Source of the DNA: an uncultured Oscillibacter sp.
Lineage (GTDB): Bacteria; Bacillota; Clostridia; Oscillospirales; Oscillospiraceae
Direction of reading: 5' to 3'
NCBI GenBank assembly: GCA_902490355.1
Contig: CABUDN010000001.1
Span: forward strand, 6,375 to 70,374
Length of the DNA stretch: 64,000 nucleotides
Shown: positions 19,644-29,892 of the stretch, in pieces
How the letters are laid out: every line of letters begins with the position of its first letter
How positions within the stretch are numbered: the stretch's first letter is position 1
Notes under the pieces: model-generated
Told to the model about the DNA's origin: nothing
The model's database searches: none
The model's input: only the letters and a program-made list of their open reading frames with translations
Made by a program: the position numbers and the translations under genes

Positions 19644-21122
19644 ATGCTGTATATCGGAGTGGATCTGGGAACCTCTGCCGTTAAGCTTTTGCTCATGGAC
19701 GGCAGCGGCACCATCCAGAAGATCGTCTCCCGGGAATATCCCATTTCCTTCCCCCACCCCGGCTGGTCCGAGCAGAATCCCGAGGACTGGCTGCGCCAGA
19801 CCCTCGACGGCATCCGGGAGCTGACCGCCCAGTGCGACCGCTCCCAAATTGCCGGGATCGGCTGCGGCGGCCAGATGCACGGTCTGGTAGTGCTGGACGA
19901 ACACGACCAGGTTCTGCGTCCCGCCATTCTCTGGAACGACGGCCGCACCGCGGAGGAAACCGAATATCTCAATACCGTGATCGGGCGGGAGACCCTCTCC
20001 CGCCGCACGGCCAACATCGCCTTTGCAGGCTTCACGGCCCCCAAGCTGCTGTGGATGCGCAAGCACGAGCCGGAGCTCTTTGCCCGAATCCGCAAGGTGA
20101 TGCTGCCCAAGGACTATCTCAACTATATGCTCACCGGCGTGCACTGCACGGATGTCTCCGACGCCTCCGGCATGCTGCTCTTTGACGTGGAACACAAGTG
20201 CTGGAGCCCGGAGATGCTGGAACTGTGCGGGCTGAATGCATCCCAGATGGCCCGGGTGTTTGAAAGCTACGAAACGGTCGGCACGCTCAAGCCGGACGTG
20301 GCCCGGTCTTTGGACCTTCCCGAAACCGTCAAAGTCTGCGCCGGTGCCGGCGACAACGCCGCCGCGGCAGTGGGAACCGCTACCGTGGGCGACGGACAGT
20401 GCAACATCTCCCTGGGCACCTCCGGCACCATCTTCATCTCCAGCGAGCGCTTCGGCGTCGATCCCCACAACGCGCTCCACGCCTTTGCCCACGCCGACGG
20501 GCACTATCATCTCATGGGCTGCATGCTCTCCGCCGCCTCCTGCAACAAGTGGTGGATGGATGACATTCTGGGCACCAAGGACTATGCCGCCGAACAATCC
20601 CCCATCACCGATGAGCGCCTGGGATGCAATCATGTGTTCTTCCTGCCCTATCTCATGGGAGAGCGCTCTCCCCACAACGATCCTGCCGCCCGGGGCACCT
20701 TCATCGGCCTGACCATGGATGCCTCCCGGGCCGACATGACCCAGGCCGTGCTGGAAGGTGTGGCCTTCGGTATCCGGGACTCCCTGGAGGTTGCCCGGTC
20801 TCTGGGCCTCAACATCCAGCGCAGCAAGATCTGCGGCGGCGGCGCCAAGAGTCCCCTCTGGCGGAAAATCTTCGCCAATGTCCTGAACCTGGACATTGAG
20901 GTCCCGGTGACCGAGGAGGGTCCGGGCTACGGCGGCGCCATGCTGGCGGCGGTGGCCTGCGGGGAATATCCCAGCGTGGCTGCGGCGGCCGAGGCCCTGA
21001 TCCACGTCAAGGAAACCGTTCATCCCGATCCGGAGATTGCCGCCCGCTATGAGGTGCAGTACCGGAAGTTCCGGGAAATCTATCCCACGCTCAAGGCCCT
21101 GTTCCCCCGTTTGCAGGGATAA
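19644..21122 (+). CDS. xylB: Xylulokinase
   Basis: GVDLGTSAVK, WNDGRT, GAGDNAAAAVG, PYLMGERSP. Confidence 0.92.
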   Translation: MLYIGVDLGTSAVKLLLMDGSGTIQKIVSREYPISFPHPGWSEQNPEDWLRQTLDGIRELTAQCDRSQIAGIGCGGQMHGLVVLDEHDQVLRPAILWNDGRTAEETEYLNTVIGRETLSRRTANIAFAGFTAPKLLWMRKHEPELFARIRKVMLPKDYLNYMLTGVHCTDVSDASGMLLFDVEHKCWSPEMLELCGLNASQMARVFESYETVGTLKPDVARSLDLPETVKVCAGAGDNAAAAVGTATVGDGQCNISLGTSGTIFISSERFGVDPHNALHAFAHADGHYHLMGCMLSAASCNKWWMDDILGTKDYAAEQSPITDERLGCNHVFFLPYLMGERSPHNDPAARGTFIGLTMDASRADMTQAVLEGVAFGIRDSLEVARSLGLNIQRSKICGGGAKSPLWRKIFANVLNLDIEVPVTEEGPGYGGAMLAAVACGEYPSVAAAAEALIHVKETVHPDPEIAARYEVQYRKFREIYPTLKALFPRLQG

Positions 21123-21139
21123 AAAGAGGGAGGACGCCC

Positions 21140-21442
21140 ATGACCCATGGACCTTCCGCACCCCAGCCGGTGTATCACCCCGCCCGGAAAGCCCGGGCCG
21201 GGCGAACCATGACTCTGCGGGTGCTGGTATGCTTGTATTTTCTCTATCTGGCCTGGCAGATTGCCTCCGGCGGTGCCGCCGGCACGTCTCCCATTCCGCA
21301 GTGGGGCGTGGTGGCACTGACCGCGGCGTTTGCCGCCGTGGCGGTAGGCTTCGGCTATTACGCCTGGCGGCGCTACCGCACGGATCTCAAGGCCGCGGAG
21401 CTGACGGAGGAGGAGCGCCGGGAACTGGAGGCAGAATCGTGA
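21140..21442 (+). CDS. Small two-TM membrane protein
   Basis: GGAGG RBS; two hydrophobic segments; operon position. Confidence 0.65.
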   Translation: MTHGPSAPQPVYHPARKARAGRTMTLRVLVCLYFLYLAWQIASGGAAGTSPIPQWGVVALTAAFAAVAVGFGYYAWRRYRTDLKAAELTEEERRELEAES

Positions 21443-22122
21443 AGTCCCGTTCTGTCCGGGAGGAAGCGGTCCGCCTGGTATTGCTCCTGGCCGGGCTGTG
21501 CGTGGCCCATCTGGGCGTCACGCTGTTTTTGCAGACCGACCTGGGCTCCGATCCTTTCAACGTCTTTGTGCAGGGACTGTTCCGGTTCCTGCCCTGGCCC
21601 GGATTCATGACCCACGGACGGGTTCATCTGTTGGTGTCTCTGGTCATCATGGTGGTGCTGCTGGTGGTGGACCGTAAGTTCGTGCGCATCGGCACGGTGG
21701 TCTGCATGGCATTGGGCGGCCCCATCATCGATGTCTTCACTGTATTGCTCGCCCCCCTGATCCACAGCGAACGCCCCCTGCCGGTGCGGCTGGCGGCGTT
21801 GGTTTTGGGCTGTGTGATCCTGGCCTTCGGCATGACCATTGTGATCTGTTCTGAAGCCGGTACCGGCCCCAACGATCTGGTGGGCGTGGTGCTCAGCGAC
21901 AAGCTGGGCAAACCCTTCGGCCCCGTCCGGGTGGCGGTGGATTTGTTCTTTGCGCTCTCCGGCTTTGCGCTGGGCGGCGTGCTGGGCCTGGGCACCGTGA
22001 TCTGCGCCTTCGTGGTAGGTCCCGCCGCCCAGACATTCATGCCGGTGAGCCGGCGTATTTGCGATGGCTGTGTCCATCAATTTGCAGGGAGGGACTCCCT
22101 CCCGAGAGGTGATTCTGTATGA
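21439..22122 (+). CDS. YczE/YitT-like membrane protein
   Basis: LGSDPFNVF, GTGPND, GTVICAFVVGP; GTG start overlapping the upstream stop. Confidence 0.8.
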   Translation: MKSRSVREEAVRLVLLLAGLCVAHLGVTLFLQTDLGSDPFNVFVQGLFRFLPWPGFMTHGRVHLLVSLVIMVVLLVVDRKFVRIGTVVCMALGGPIIDVFTVLLAPLIHSERPLPVRLAALVLGCVILAFGMTIVICSEAGTGPNDLVGVVLSDKLGKPFGPVRVAVDLFFALSGFALGGVLGLGTVICAFVVGPAAQTFMPVSRRICDGCVHQFAGRDSLPRGDSV

Positions 22123-22757
22123 CAATTCTTCCCATTTCCGATCCTGCTTTTGCCTCTTACGGCAAGGTTCTGGAGGGCTACGACACCCAGGATCTGCTCC
22201 GGACCCTGGAAGCAGCCACCCCGCTGCCTGAAGGCGTGGAGTATGTCCCCTCCCAGCCGGAGCTGGAATCTCTGCCCCTGACCGCGCAGCTATCCTCCAA
22301 CGCCTACGGCGGCATGCCCATTCAGATGGGCTGGTGCAACGGCCACAACACCAAGCTCAACTGCCTGGAGTACCACCGGGACAGCGAGCTCAACTGCGGC
22401 ACGGAGGATTTCATTCTCCTGCTGGCCCGGATGGATGACATCGCGCCCGACGGCACGCTGGATACCGGCCTCGTCAAGGCCTTCCGGGTGCCCGCCGGCG
22501 TGCTGGTGGAAGTCTATGCCACCACACTGCACTATGCCCCCTGCTCCGCCGCCAAGGGCGCGGGCTTCCGGGTGCTGGTGGCGCTCCCCAAGGGAACCAA
22601 CGGTCCCCGTCCGGACATTCAGGTCCTCAACCGGGAGGACTCCATGCTTTGGGCCTGCAACAAGTGGCTCCTGGCCCATCCCGAAAGCAGCGAAGCCGCC
22701 CAGGGCGCGCCCGCTGTGCTGCGGGGCGAAAATATTGATATTGCCGCCGATCTGTAA
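22119..22757 (+). CDS. DUF4867-like cupin protein
   Basis: GWCNGHN..LNCLEYHRDSE, YATTLHYAP, NKWLLAH. Confidence 0.8.
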   Translation: MTILPISDPAFASYGKVLEGYDTQDLLRTLEAATPLPEGVEYVPSQPELESLPLTAQLSSNAYGGMPIQMGWCNGHNTKLNCLEYHRDSELNCGTEDFILLLARMDDIAPDGTLDTGLVKAFRVPAGVLVEVYATTLHYAPCSAAKGAGFRVLVALPKGTNGPRPDIQVLNREDSMLWACNKWLLAHPESSEAAQGAPAVLRGENIDIAADL

Positions 22758-22787
22758 GGCGAATATTCAGAAAGAGGTGCGTTCATC

Positions 22788-24278
22788 ATGCTGACCAACA
22801 TTCCGGAAGTCAAACTGGGCATCATCGCGGTGTCCCGGGACTGCTTCATCATTTCTCTCTCCGAGCGCCGCCGGGCTGCCATCGTGGCCGCCTGCCAGAA
22901 CAAGGGTCTGGATCTGTACGAGTGCAAGACCACGGTGGAAAACGAGAAGGATATGCTCAAAGCCGTGGATGAAGTAAAGAGCGCGGGCTGCAACGCCCTG
23001 GTGGTGTTCCTGGGCAACTTCGGTCCCGAGACGCCTGAGACCCTCATCGCCCAGCGGTTTGACGGCCCCGTCATGTATGTGGCCGCCGCCGAGGAAAGCG
23101 GCAAGGACCTCATCGACGGCCGCGGCGACGCCTACTGCGGCATGCTCAACTGCTCTTACAACCTGGGCATGCGCCATCTCAAGGCCTACATCCCCTCCTA
23201 TCCCGTGGGCACCGCGGAGGATATCGCCTCCATGATCGCGGACTTCAAGCCCATTGCCTGCGCCCTGATCGGCCTCTCCGGCCTCAAGATCATCACCTTC
23301 GGCCCCCGTCCCCAGGACTTCTTCGCCTGCAACGCTCCCATCAAGGGATTGTATGAGCTGGGCGTGGAAGTGGAGGAAAACTCCGAGCTGGATCTGCTGG
23401 TGGCCTACAAGGCCCACGAGGGCGATCCCCGGATCCCCGAGGTCTGCGCAGACATGGCCAAGGAGATGGGCGAGGGCAAGTACTATCCCGACCTCAACGC
23501 CCGGATGGCTCAGCTGGAGCTGACTTTGCTGGATTGGGCCGAGGCCCACAAGGGCGCCCGCCAGTATGTGGCCTTTGCCGACAAGTGCTGGCCCGCCTTC
23601 CCGGAGGCCTTCGGCTTTGAGCCCTGCTATGTCAACTCCCGCCTGGTCAGCCGCGGCATCCCCGTCTCCTGCGAGGTGGATATCTACGGCGCACTCAGCG
23701 AATACATCGGCATGTGCGTCTCCGGTGAGACCGTCACGCTGCTGGATATCAACAACTCCGTCCCCGCCGACCTCTATCAGGAGGACATCGCCGGCAAGTT
23801 CCCCTATCAGCTGACCGATACCTTCATGGGCTTCCACTGCGGCAACACCCCCAGCTGCAAGCTGTGCGCCGACCGGGCCGTAAAGTATCAGCTGATTCAG
23901 CACCGTCTGCTGGAGCCCAAGGGTTCCGAGCCCGATTTCACCCGCGGCACGCTGGAAGGCGATATCGCCGCCTCTCCCATCACCTTCTACCGTCTCCAGT
24001 GCGACAGCGAGGGCAAGCTCCGCTCCTACATTGCTCAGGGCGAAGTCCTGCCGGTCAAGACCCGCTCCTTCGGCGGCATCGGCGTATTCGCCATCCCCGA
24101 AATGGGCCGGTTCTACCGTCATGTGCTGGTGGAGAAGCGCTATCCCCACCATGGCGCCGTGGCCTTCGGCCACTACGGCAAGGCTCTCTTTGAGGTCATG
24201 AAGATGCTGGGTGTGGAGGACATCGCCTACAACCAGCCCAAGAGCCTGCCCTATCCCACCGAGAATCCCTTCGTGTAA
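22788..24278 (+). CDS. L-fucose/L-arabinose isomerase family protein (clostridial XylA-II-like)
   Basis: AVSRDCF, GNFGPE, RGDAYCG, FHCGNT, YPHHGAV. Confidence 0.85.
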   Translation: MLTNIPEVKLGIIAVSRDCFIISLSERRRAAIVAACQNKGLDLYECKTTVENEKDMLKAVDEVKSAGCNALVVFLGNFGPETPETLIAQRFDGPVMYVAAAEESGKDLIDGRGDAYCGMLNCSYNLGMRHLKAYIPSYPVGTAEDIASMIADFKPIACALIGLSGLKIITFGPRPQDFFACNAPIKGLYELGVEVEENSELDLLVAYKAHEGDPRIPEVCADMAKEMGEGKYYPDLNARMAQLELTLLDWAEAHKGARQYVAFADKCWPAFPEAFGFEPCYVNSRLVSRGIPVSCEVDIYGALSEYIGMCVSGETVTLLDINNSVPADLYQEDIAGKFPYQLTDTFMGFHCGNTPSCKLCADRAVKYQLIQHRLLEPKGSEPDFTRGTLEGDIAASPITFYRLQCDSEGKLRSYIAQGEVLPVKTRSFGGIGVFAIPEMGRFYRHVLVEKRYPHHGAVAFGHYGKALFEVMKMLGVEDIAYNQPKSLPYPTENPFV

Positions 24279-24281
24279 TCC

Positions 24282-24704
24282 ATGGAACTGCTGGAGGAGC
24301 TGCAATCGCTCTACACAGGCTATCTTCTCAAGACCGAGCAGCTGGAACGGGACCGCAAACCCGCGGACGGACTGCTGGGCATGGGCAGCGGCCCTGCCGC
24401 CGATCCCTGCCACGACCGGTTTGCCCAGGAGCTGGAAGCACTGCTGCGCCGGATGGATGCGCTCCCCTCTTCCCAGCTTTTTCAGGCACTCTCGTTGATC
24501 TACACCGCGCCCTTTGCCCACCGGGACAATCCTTCCGCCTACTGGATGCTTCAGGCGGTCCACGGACTGACCGTGCCTCTGATTCCCCGACTCTCTCCGG
24601 AGGATGCGCAGGCCCTGCGGACCCGGTATCAGGAGGACTATCCCCGTTGGGAACGGCTGCCTGCCCAGAAACAGGTCCTGGCCGCGCTCAAGCGCAATCG
24701 ATAA
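24282..24704 (+). CDS. Hypothetical protein
   Basis: 140-aa ORF 3 nt after the isomerase stop, followed by a terminator. Confidence 0.7.
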   Translation: MELLEELQSLYTGYLLKTEQLERDRKPADGLLGMGSGPAADPCHDRFAQELEALLRRMDALPSSQLFQALSLIYTAPFAHRDNPSAYWMLQAVHGLTVPLIPRLSPEDAQALRTRYQEDYPRWERLPAQKQVLAALKRNR

Positions 24705-24747
24705 AAAACAGCACGCGGACGCAAAAGCGTCCGCGTGCCGTTTTTTG
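24704..24747 (+). terminator. Intrinsic terminator
   Basis: AAAAAACAGCACGCGGACGC-aaaa-GCGTCCGCGTGCCGTTTTTT. Confidence 0.85.
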
Positions 24748-24846
24748 GGAAGAATCCCGAACCGATCGCAGCTTCCCGCAAGGTGCCGGTTCCGACGTCC
24801 CGGCAGGAAGTGCCGGGCATGCCCCCCAGGCAGCCAGAGCAGGAAG

Positions 24847-24882
24847 ACCGCGCCCCCGGCCGTGACTGGCCGGGGGCGCGGT
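24847..24882 (-). terminator. Hairpin downstream of the SLH protein gene
   Basis: ACCGCGCCCCCGGCC-gtgact-GGCCGGGGGCGCGGT. Confidence 0.7.
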
Positions 24883-24914
24883 TCCTTGGTTTTCCTGCAG
24901 TTTGTGCCGGTCCG

Positions 24915-27800
24915 TTACTCGGCCATATCGCGATACAGGAAGGTCACAACCTGCGCACGGGTGCAGGTGGCGTTGGGTGCGAAGGTGGTCGCGGTCACGC
25001 CGCCGGTGATGCCTTCTTCCGCAGCCCAGGCCACTGCGTCAGCGTAGTACGCATCCGCAGGAACATCCGTAAAGGACACGCTGCTGCTTGCAGCGGGGCT
25101 GCCCTGTGCACGGTGCAGGAAGGTCACGATCTGGGCACGGGTGCAGGTGGCATTGGGCGCGAAGGTGGTCTCCGTCATGCCGCCGGTGATGCCGCTGGCA
25201 TATGCCCACAGGATTGCCTGATAGTTGTAGGCATCCTCGGAGACATCGGTAAAGGGATTGACCATATTCACCACAGGAGAACCAGCCGCTCTCCACAGGA
25301 AGGTCACAACCTGACCGCGGGTGCAGCCGTTGTTGGGGCCGAACGTGGTGGCCGTGATGCCGCCGGTGATGCCCTCTTCCGCTGCCCAGGCTACTGCGTC
25401 TGCGTAATAGGCATCAGAAGGAACGTCGCTGAATCCGGCAACCGTCGGAGTGCCGATGGTCCAGGTGGCCTTCACCTTCACGCTGCCGATGGGCATGGTA
25501 AAGGTGTAGCGGCCGTCGGCGCGCTTGGTCAGTTCGAGTTCATCGCCGTTGCTGGCGGTGGCAGTCAGTTCTTTGAGCACATACCCGTCGTCAGGCTTGA
25601 CGGTGATGGTCACCTTGTCGCCCTTGGAGGCGTTGCGGGGAGACACGGTAAGGCTGCCGTGGCTGCCGCTGTCAACAGAAATGCTGTAAGAGGAGCCGCC
25701 GGAGCTGCTGCCGCCGCCGGAGGGACGGGGATCCTCCCGCTCCACGATGGTCACATTGACCAGGGTCTCCACGAGGGAATAGGTGTCCAGATCATCCGGG
25801 GTGAACACCGCAATCTTCACGCCGCTGTCCGCCACATTGGTCAGGGCCTGGCCCTCCTTGAAGGACCACGTGCCGGGAACTTCCTTGCCGTCATACACGG
25901 CAGTACCCTGCAGGAGACTGCCGGAGATGGGGCTGCCGGTATAGGTGGCGGTGAGATCCTCCACTTCCACCACGGGGACATACTCATAGACGACGTTGAC
26001 ATCCAGGTCGGCATAGGAGTCCTCATAGTTGACAGAACCAATCCGGATCACAGCAGACGCCTGCTTGCCCGTATCCTCTTGCGTCAGGCCGTCCTTCAGG
26101 GCGAAGGTCACCTGGCCGTTGGCATCCACGGCAAACGCTTCGCCCAGCAGGGCATTGTCGTCCACCGCCTCAAAGACATAGTAATCGTTGGTATCCGGTA
26201 CGAAGCCCGCCACAGCGGCGCTCTTCCGGGCGGTATCCTGATAGTTGACATACACGGTCTGACCGGGAACCGTCTTGGCCGCCGCCTTGGCAATGGTGCC
26301 GGTGGCTGCAATCTGGCCGTTGGTCAGGGTGTAGTTGGCCGTCGCGGCCGTGGACAGGAGCTCCACGCTGACCGTCACGCTCTTGCTTGCGCCGGCGTTG
26401 GCGTCGGCAAAGGCCGCGCTCACCGTGTAGTCCGTGCCGGCAGTCAGGCTCTCCCCGTTGGCCAGACCCGCGAAGCTCACCGCAGCGGTGGCGTCGGTGG
26501 TGCCGTCATAGGTCTTTTCCGCCACGGTGGCAGAAGCCGTCAGAGGTGCCGGAGTAATGGTGAAGGTATGGCTGACGGTACCCAGATTTTCCTCATCCTC
26601 ATAGCAGGCGGTAATGGTGTACGTACCCGCATCGGAAACGGTATCCGTCAGGGCAACCGTCTGGGCGCTGCCGCCGTCCTTGGTCAGGGTGTAGGTGAAG
26701 GCCGCTGCGGGGGTGATGTCCGCAATGCTGGCTTCACTGACGAAGGTGTTCAGCGCCACCGGACCGGCATAGACCGCCGTGTCCTGCGCCTGCGCAAAGG
26801 TGATCTTGTCGCTGACGTCGTTCTTGGACGCCAAGGTCCACTGCGCCGTCACCGTGGTGTCGCCGCTGGGGATGAACTCATAGTTGGTCGCCACCGTCTG
26901 ACCGTTGAGGCTGAAGCCCGTGAGGGTATAGCCCGGCTTGGTGAAGGCGTAGTCGCCCAGCTTCACGTGGGCAGGATATGCCTGGGACACCGTCACGGTA
27001 CCCTGGCCATTGCAGGTGCCGCCGTCACCGTTGAGGGTGGTGGTGTAGCTCTTGGGATACAGGGTGAGCTGATAGGGCGTATTGCCGTAATAGGCAAAAT
27101 CCGACCCCATATGCTCGCCCACGCTGGCGGTGCCGTTGCGGTTATACACCACAGCAGCTCTGTTTTGCGCGGCCGTCAGAGTGGCATTGAGAGCGCTGGT
27201 GCCGTCCTGGCTGCCAAAGCGCACGGAACCGCTGCTGCGCACAGCGCCGGACGTGCCTTTGACCTCGCCGTTGACATCCACATTCACATCGGCGCCCACG
27301 ATGCCATATCCTCTGACATTGATGGTCATCAGGTTGCTGCCCTTGCCGTCATAGTAGGTCTTGCCGTCGGGGCCGGTCCACACCAAAGAGTTGGAACGGA
27401 CGGTCACGTCACCGTTGGCAACAATGCCATTGGCGGACTTGCTGTTGATGGTCAGCGTGCCGTTGACCACCAGATCCAGGCTGTCATCGGCCCAGAGCTG
27501 AATGGCACTGTGATAGGTACTCTCGTTATCGATGACCACGTTGCCGTTGGCATAGATGGTCAGGTTGCCGCCGGTAGTCACATCAATGTAGCCGCCCTGG
27601 TAGTTGTCCAGAGTCAGGGTGCGCTCGCTGGCGTCATAGACCCAGCCCGGGCCGGAGTGATCCACAGTTCCGCTGCCTTTTCCGATCACGATATTGCTGC
27701 CCGCTGCTCCCGCCGAAACCGGTAGGATCAGAGAGCACAGCAGCACCAGCGCCAGATTCAGCGCCAGCAGCCGCCGCTTGGGTGTGGTTCGTTGCTTCAT
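24915..27800 (-). CDS. Large secreted cell-surface protein with three C-terminal SLH domains
   Basis: Signal peptide; KTYDG (YDG/MBG-like) and B-repeat-like segments; Gly/Ser linker; three F.P...CTR.Q.VTFL.R repeats. Confidence 0.92.
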   Translation of the reverse strand: MKQRTTPKRRLLALNLALVLLCSLILPVSAGAAGSNIVIGKGSGTVDHSGPGWVYDASERTLTLDNYQGGYIDVTTGGNLTIYANGNVVIDNESTYHSAIQLWADDSLDLVVNGTLTINSKSANGIVANGDVTVRSNSLVWTGPDGKTYYDGKGSNLMTINVRGYGIVGADVNVDVNGEVKGTSGAVRSSGSVRFGSQDGTSALNATLTAAQNRAAVVYNRNGTASVGEHMGSDFAYYGNTPYQLTLYPKSYTTTLNGDGGTCNGQGTVTVSQAYPAHVKLGDYAFTKPGYTLTGFSLNGQTVATNYEFIPSGDTTVTAQWTLASKNDVSDKITFAQAQDTAVYAGPVALNTFVSEASIADITPAAAFTYTLTKDGGSAQTVALTDTVSDAGTYTITACYEDEENLGTVSHTFTITPAPLTASATVAEKTYDGTTDATAAVSFAGLANGESLTAGTDYTVSAAFADANAGASKSVTVSVELLSTAATANYTLTNGQIAATGTIAKAAAKTVPGQTVYVNYQDTARKSAAVAGFVPDTNDYYVFEAVDDNALLGEAFAVDANGQVTFALKDGLTQEDTGKQASAVIRIGSVNYEDSYADLDVNVVYEYVPVVEVEDLTATYTGSPISGSLLQGTAVYDGKEVPGTWSFKEGQALTNVADSGVKIAVFTPDDLDTYSLVETLVNVTIVEREDPRPSGGGSSSGGSSYSISVDSGSHGSLTVSPRNASKGDKVTITVKPDDGYVLKELTATASNGDELELTKRADGRYTFTMPIGSVKVKATWTIGTPTVAGFSDVPSDAYYADAVAWAAEEGITGGITATTFGPNNGCTRGQVVTFLWRAAGSPVVNMVNPFTDVSEDAYNYQAILWAYASGITGGMTETTFAPNATCTRAQIVTFLHRAQGSPAASSSVSFTDVPADAYYADAVAWAAEEGITGGVTATTFAPNATCTRAQVVTFLYRDMAE

Positions 27801-27814
27801 ACTTGTTCTCCTCC

Positions 27815-29353
27815 TTATTGGTTTGCGTGGTTGCTATCTCGCTCGCACAAGGCGAGGAAAAGCCAGAATAGTGCGGCCGCGCCGCAGTCCCCGATGGTGA
27901 AGCACCCCTGGATGAAATATCCGGCCAGCGCCGTCCACAAAAGCAGCGACACCGCGCCGCCCCGCCGGATCCCGGCGTACAGCACAGTACCCAGGAGCGC
28001 AAGATACGCGCCCAGGGCGGGCAGGCCCTGGTTGACCGCAATGTTGAGGCACTCATTGTGCGCCGCATCCGTCACGGTCTGGATCATCATGCCCGCTTCC
28101 TCGGAATACCGGCTGAAGGTGAATCCGATCCGGGCCACCAGGGTATCCGGGCCGCCGCCCAGCAGCGGCCGCTCCCCGATCAGGTGCAGCACCTCCTGCC
28201 AGATCCGCAGCCGTCCGGAGCCGAAGGATGCCTCCGCCTGTCCATGGAGCAGTGCGTGAAATTCGCCCGCCGCCCCTTCCGAGAAGGGGATGCAGTACGC
28301 AGCGGCCAGTCCTGCCGCGCCGATGCCCAGAACCCCGGCGCACAGTCCCCGGCACCGCCGGGGGCGGAACTGGCCCGGTTCTTCCGGCCATGTGCGTGCC
28401 GCCCAAATGGCCGCTGCCGCCGCGGCCGCGCCCAGCACCAGCAGTCCCAGGCTCACCGGCCCGGCAGCCAGGTGCAGCGGAGTCTGCGCATCTGCTCCCA
28501 GAAGCTTTGCCGCCCCCAAAGACAGTGCCAGCACCGCAGCTGCTGCCATTCCCCGAATCCAGCACCGGGGCCGGGAATAATAAGCCGGAACCGTCAAAGC
28601 GATGGCGCCGGCAAGGCCTACAAATCCCGAGGATACCTGGGCCAGGCCCAGCGCAAACATGCCTGCCCCCATGGGGATCAGCGCCAGACGGCGCCCGGAG
28701 AGCAGATAGGTCCCGTAAAAGAGCGGAACCATCAGGCACAAAAACGCGGACAGCGTATCGACGTTGCCCAGCGTTCCCATAAACTGTCCGTTATACAGAA
28801 TAAACGCATCATGATACCCGGTCCCCTCCGGGAACAATCCCAGGGGATTATATCCGGCGTACTGCAAAAGCCCAATCCCCGCGTTGAGAACCGTCACGGC
28901 ACCCAGCGCCCAGAGGAGGCGGTCATCCCATCGTCCATAGGCGGATACCGCCCAAAAGATTGCCGCGTACAGCAAAATGGTCGAAAGCCCCGCATGGCGG
29001 CTGAGCCCCTGCCAGACGCCCGGATACGGAGAGCACCAGGCCGCCAGCATGCTCCAGCCCACATAGACCAGCAGGCAGATCCGGGGCACACTCAGCCGCG
29101 CCAGCGGCGCCAGCAGCACTTGGATCCGGCCTCCCCCGGTCAGGGATACCTCCGCCGCCGTCAGTACCAAAAGCGCCAGATAGGCCAGCGAGAGTCCGCG
29201 CCAAAGGAAATACGCCCAGTCCCCGATCCGTTCGTAGCCGCCGGCGGCAGGGAAGAGCAAAAACACGGAGCACATCACCGCAAGATATCCCGTTGTGAGC
29301 GTCTGCAGAGGTGCCGTCTCCTTTCGGGACTTTTTGCCCTGCACTGTTCCCAC
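27815..29353 (-). CDS. O-antigen ligase / O-oligosaccharyltransferase family membrane protein
   Basis: Multi-TM; GTLGN, SGRLRIW...PLLGGGPD...AHNECL Wzy_C-like motifs. Confidence 0.85.
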   Translation of the reverse strand: MGTVQGKKSRKETAPLQTLTTGYLAVMCSVFLLFPAAGGYERIGDWAYFLWRGLSLAYLALLVLTAAEVSLTGGGRIQVLLAPLARLSVPRICLLVYVGWSMLAAWCSPYPGVWQGLSRHAGLSTILLYAAIFWAVSAYGRWDDRLLWALGAVTVLNAGIGLLQYAGYNPLGLFPEGTGYHDAFILYNGQFMGTLGNVDTLSAFLCLMVPLFYGTYLLSGRRLALIPMGAGMFALGLAQVSSGFVGLAGAIALTVPAYYSRPRCWIRGMAAAAVLALSLGAAKLLGADAQTPLHLAAGPVSLGLLVLGAAAAAAAIWAARTWPEEPGQFRPRRCRGLCAGVLGIGAAGLAAAYCIPFSEGAAGEFHALLHGQAEASFGSGRLRIWQEVLHLIGERPLLGGGPDTLVARIGFTFSRYSEEAGMMIQTVTDAAHNECLNIAVNQGLPALGAYLALLGTVLYAGIRRGGAVSLLLWTALAGYFIQGCFTIGDCGAAALFWLFLALCERDSNHANQ

Positions 29354-29394
29354 ATCATCGCCTCACTTGTGCCGCTGCCGTATGGAAAATCCGG

Positions 29395-29820
29395 TCAGCA
29401 GAGAGTCTTTTCATTTTCAGAAAACAGGTGGTCGTTGATTTCGTCCAAGGACGTGCCATGCGCGATCCCATAGCTGATGATGGCGTCCCGCTTGATCTTG
29501 GGGTACAGCTGGGCATAGGACGCCTGCTTCAAAAGCCGCTGCGTCTCCTCCAGTGTGACGCCCAGCCCCACGCACAGGCACAGCAATCGGTCCCGGGACG
29601 GATTGCGCCGTCCGGCAAACACCTGGTGCAGGTAGACCTCGCTCATGCCGGCCTTTCGGGCCAGGGCCGCCTTGGAGATATCCTGCTGCTCATAGAGCGC
29701 TGTCAGCAGTTCCGCAACACTTTGCTGCGAGAAAAACGGTCTGTTCTCATTCATATAGGAGTCAAAACTTGGCTCGTTCATCAGTTCATTCTGCAGATCA
29801 TCGGTGGGTTTGTTCTGCAC
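29395..29820 (-). CDS. XRE-family HTH transcriptional regulator
   Basis: SKAALARKAGMSEVYLHQVFAGRRNPSRD; GAGGAGG before GTG 29820. Confidence 0.85.
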   Translation of the reverse strand: MQNKPTDDLQNELMNEPSFDSYMNENRPFFSQQSVAELLTALYEQQDISKAALARKAGMSEVYLHQVFAGRRNPSRDRLLCLCVGLGVTLEETQRLLKQASYAQLYPKIKRDAIISYGIAHGTSLDEINDHLFSENEKTLC

Positions 29821-29892
29821 GCCATTCTCCTCCTCGATTTCCAGTTTGACTTCCAATTTCAAATCATCTATACTTAATTTACAACGGTTTAA

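Noticed and set aside
24915..25450. DNA repeats at the 3' end of the surface protein gene as a DGR or other diversifying element
   Set aside because: They are explained by three SLH domains; no reverse transcriptase gene is present
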